DNA of 61,639 nucleotides, filler included, from Circinaria calcarea (lineage: Eukaryota), in assembly GCA_051942165.1 (NCBI GenBank). It is 23 parts of 23 records of this genome, joined end to end, with 100 filler letters (N's around TTAATTAATTAA, not from the genome) between each part and the next. Parts side by side here need not be neighbours in the genome. Positions count along the whole stretch, not along the records: positions 59,072 to 61,639 come from JAVECS010003424.1; 22 more parts are not named here. One strand, given 5' to 3'. Every line of letters starts with the position of its first letter. Within the stretch, counting starts at the first letter, position 1. The notes beneath the pieces were generated by a model. The model was given only the letters and a program-made list of their open reading frames with translations. It was not told the DNA's origin and did no database searches. The translations under genes were made by a program, and so were the position numbers. Of the stretch, positions 59,887 through 61,639 are shown one piece after another.

Positions 59887-61553
59887 ATAAAAAGCGTTAT
59901 TGATCGACTTCAAGCCTTGAGTCCGGCCATCGCTGAGATATTCCGCTCCTCAGGCACTCCGGGAGCCTCTATTGGTATCTTACACGAGAATAAGGTCATC
60001 TATATGCATAACTATGGGTATCGGGATATCGAGGCTCGACTTGCTCCTGATGAACGTACCATTTTCCATATCGCCTCTCTAAGCAAATCTTTCACAGCTG
60101 CCAGCATAGGTATTCTGGTGGAAGAGGGAAAAACATCGTGGGACACGCCGATTTGTGAAGTTTTACTAGACTTCAAACAGGTGAACAAGACAGTTTATGA
60201 CGAGGCTACAATAGTGGACTTTATGAGTCATCGGACGGGTCTGGCACCTAAAAATATGCTATGGCTTCGTAAATTTGCAAGAGTTGAGTTGCGTCGCAAT
60301 GAGACACTCAAGATGACTTCGTACTTGGAGACTGTCTTTAACTTTCGGACACAGTGGCTCTACAGCAACTGGGGCTACGCCTTAGCCGACCAAATGATTC
60401 AGCGGCTCAGCGGCCAGAGTTGGGGCACATTTCTCAGAGACCGGATTTTGACACCTCTAGGCTTAGATCGAACCGTCACCGAGCACTCTTCCAAGAAAGA
60501 GAACGTTGCCCAGGCATACATGGCGCTGTCTGACGGGTCACCATTCCATCTTCCCAAGCCGAGCGTCGAAGATGGTGTGATTATGGAGGGCGCAGTTGGC
60601 GTCCAGAGCAGTGTGAGAGATTTACTCACATACTCGCAAAAGCTTATGGAAGCGGCGGATGATCAACTCAAACGACAAGCTACCTCGACAGAAGGTTCAC
60701 CCTTGAAAAAGATTCCGACTATCTTACAAGGTCACATCAATCTTTCTCAGACAGTATCAGAGCTGGAGAGGTCATACGCCCTGGGATGGATTCGCACAAT
60801 ACTTCCTGGCCCTCTGGGCACGGTTGGGCTCAATCCAATGTATGTTGACGCAATGCCGATCGTTGGGAAAGGTTTGGCAGAACCGGAGATAATACTTCAT
60901 CATCAAGGCAGTCTGATAGATTTTTTGTCATCCATCCACCTAGTTCCTTCGACGAGGACGGCTGTTATAGTTTTAACGAATTCGATGAGCAATAATGACG
61001 CTGCGGATTAGCTCGGACAGCTTGTTCTAGAGACAGTTTTTAACAATCCAGAGCAGAACGACTACGTGAAGTTGGCTAGAGAAAGTGTAGAAACCTCAAA
61101 TCATTTGTGGCTACGCATGGCAGAGGAATTGGAAGGTTCGCGCATCCCTGACACACCGGTGCGAGAGCTTTCTGACTGTGTAGGAGCTTACTACAACGTA
61201 GTCAAGGACTGGCACATGGAGTTGTGGGTAGAGAAAAAAAACTATACATATATCATCAAGATGACCGGTCCCAGGCATACCAGCTTAAACATTACCACTA
61301 GGATGTGTTTTCTTGGCTCCTGACTCGCAATGAAACAGTGCGGAGAGGGCTTTTTCTAATAGCAATAGCAGCATACTATCTCTTAGCTTTCGGTCGAGGC
61401 GAAGATGGGCAGATCGACCATGTCATCTGGAAGCACGATCCAAGCGTCCCCGAAGGGGAAACGTTCAAGCGGTTATCTGGGTCAGCATCAAACAAGGGGC
61501 TTCCGCTTATGACGAGCGTTGGAAAGCAAAATCTACTAGGTACGAAGGGCTAG
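59887..61553 (+). pseudogene. Beta-lactamase/transpeptidase-family serine hydrolase pseudogene
   Basis: FHIASLSK (SxxK), MSHRTGL, YSNWGY, HHQGS. Lesions: no ATG (accATA at 59887), in-frame TAG at 61009-61011, frameshift in the A-run at about 61234-61241, TAG at 61299-61301. Confidence 0.85.
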
Positions 61554-61639
61554 GATTCGTAGACAAAACGTAATAAAATCGTATCTCCGTTTGAAGGCTC
61601 GTATACCTTTCCACAACACTTATAATATATATATATATG

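Overview
This is not a contiguous locus. It is 23 unrelated short contigs (2602 down to 2568 bp, sorted by length) joined by an artificial 100-nt spacer (44 N + TTAATTAATTAA + 44 N). Genes on different contigs are therefore unlinked, and many are cut off at contig edges. The DNA is from a filamentous ascomycete (Pezizomycotina), judged from short GT-AG introns with CTRAC-type branch sites, fungal orthologs and RIP-like transition damage. Recognisable genes or fragments: cytosolic GluRS, DHCR24-like FAD oxidoreductase, ZNFX1-like helicase, DUF1765 protein, dynactin p25, Dal5-type and other MFS transporters, two P450s, Phx1-like homeobox C-terminus, SEC22, ASXH protein, ORC4, BTB protein, PP2C, FAD monooxygenase, ATG33, TRM61, XlnR, Mug190-like, DPH4, thioredoxin, SCO1, a PHO91-like SPX transporter and a beta-lactamase-family pseudogene. 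The most notable observations are: (1) two independent small gag-only Copia-type LTR elements with no pol, sharing an identical half-tRNAiMet primer-binding site and the same PPT type; (2) an XlnR ortholog that stops just before its conserved regulatory region; (3) RIP-like inactivation of non-TE genes (a kinase and a beta-lactamase) next to TE sequence, alongside a fully open Copia gag-pol fragment; (4) a probable chimeric junction in dynactin p25. All family assignments come from motif recognition by eye; no database searches were run.
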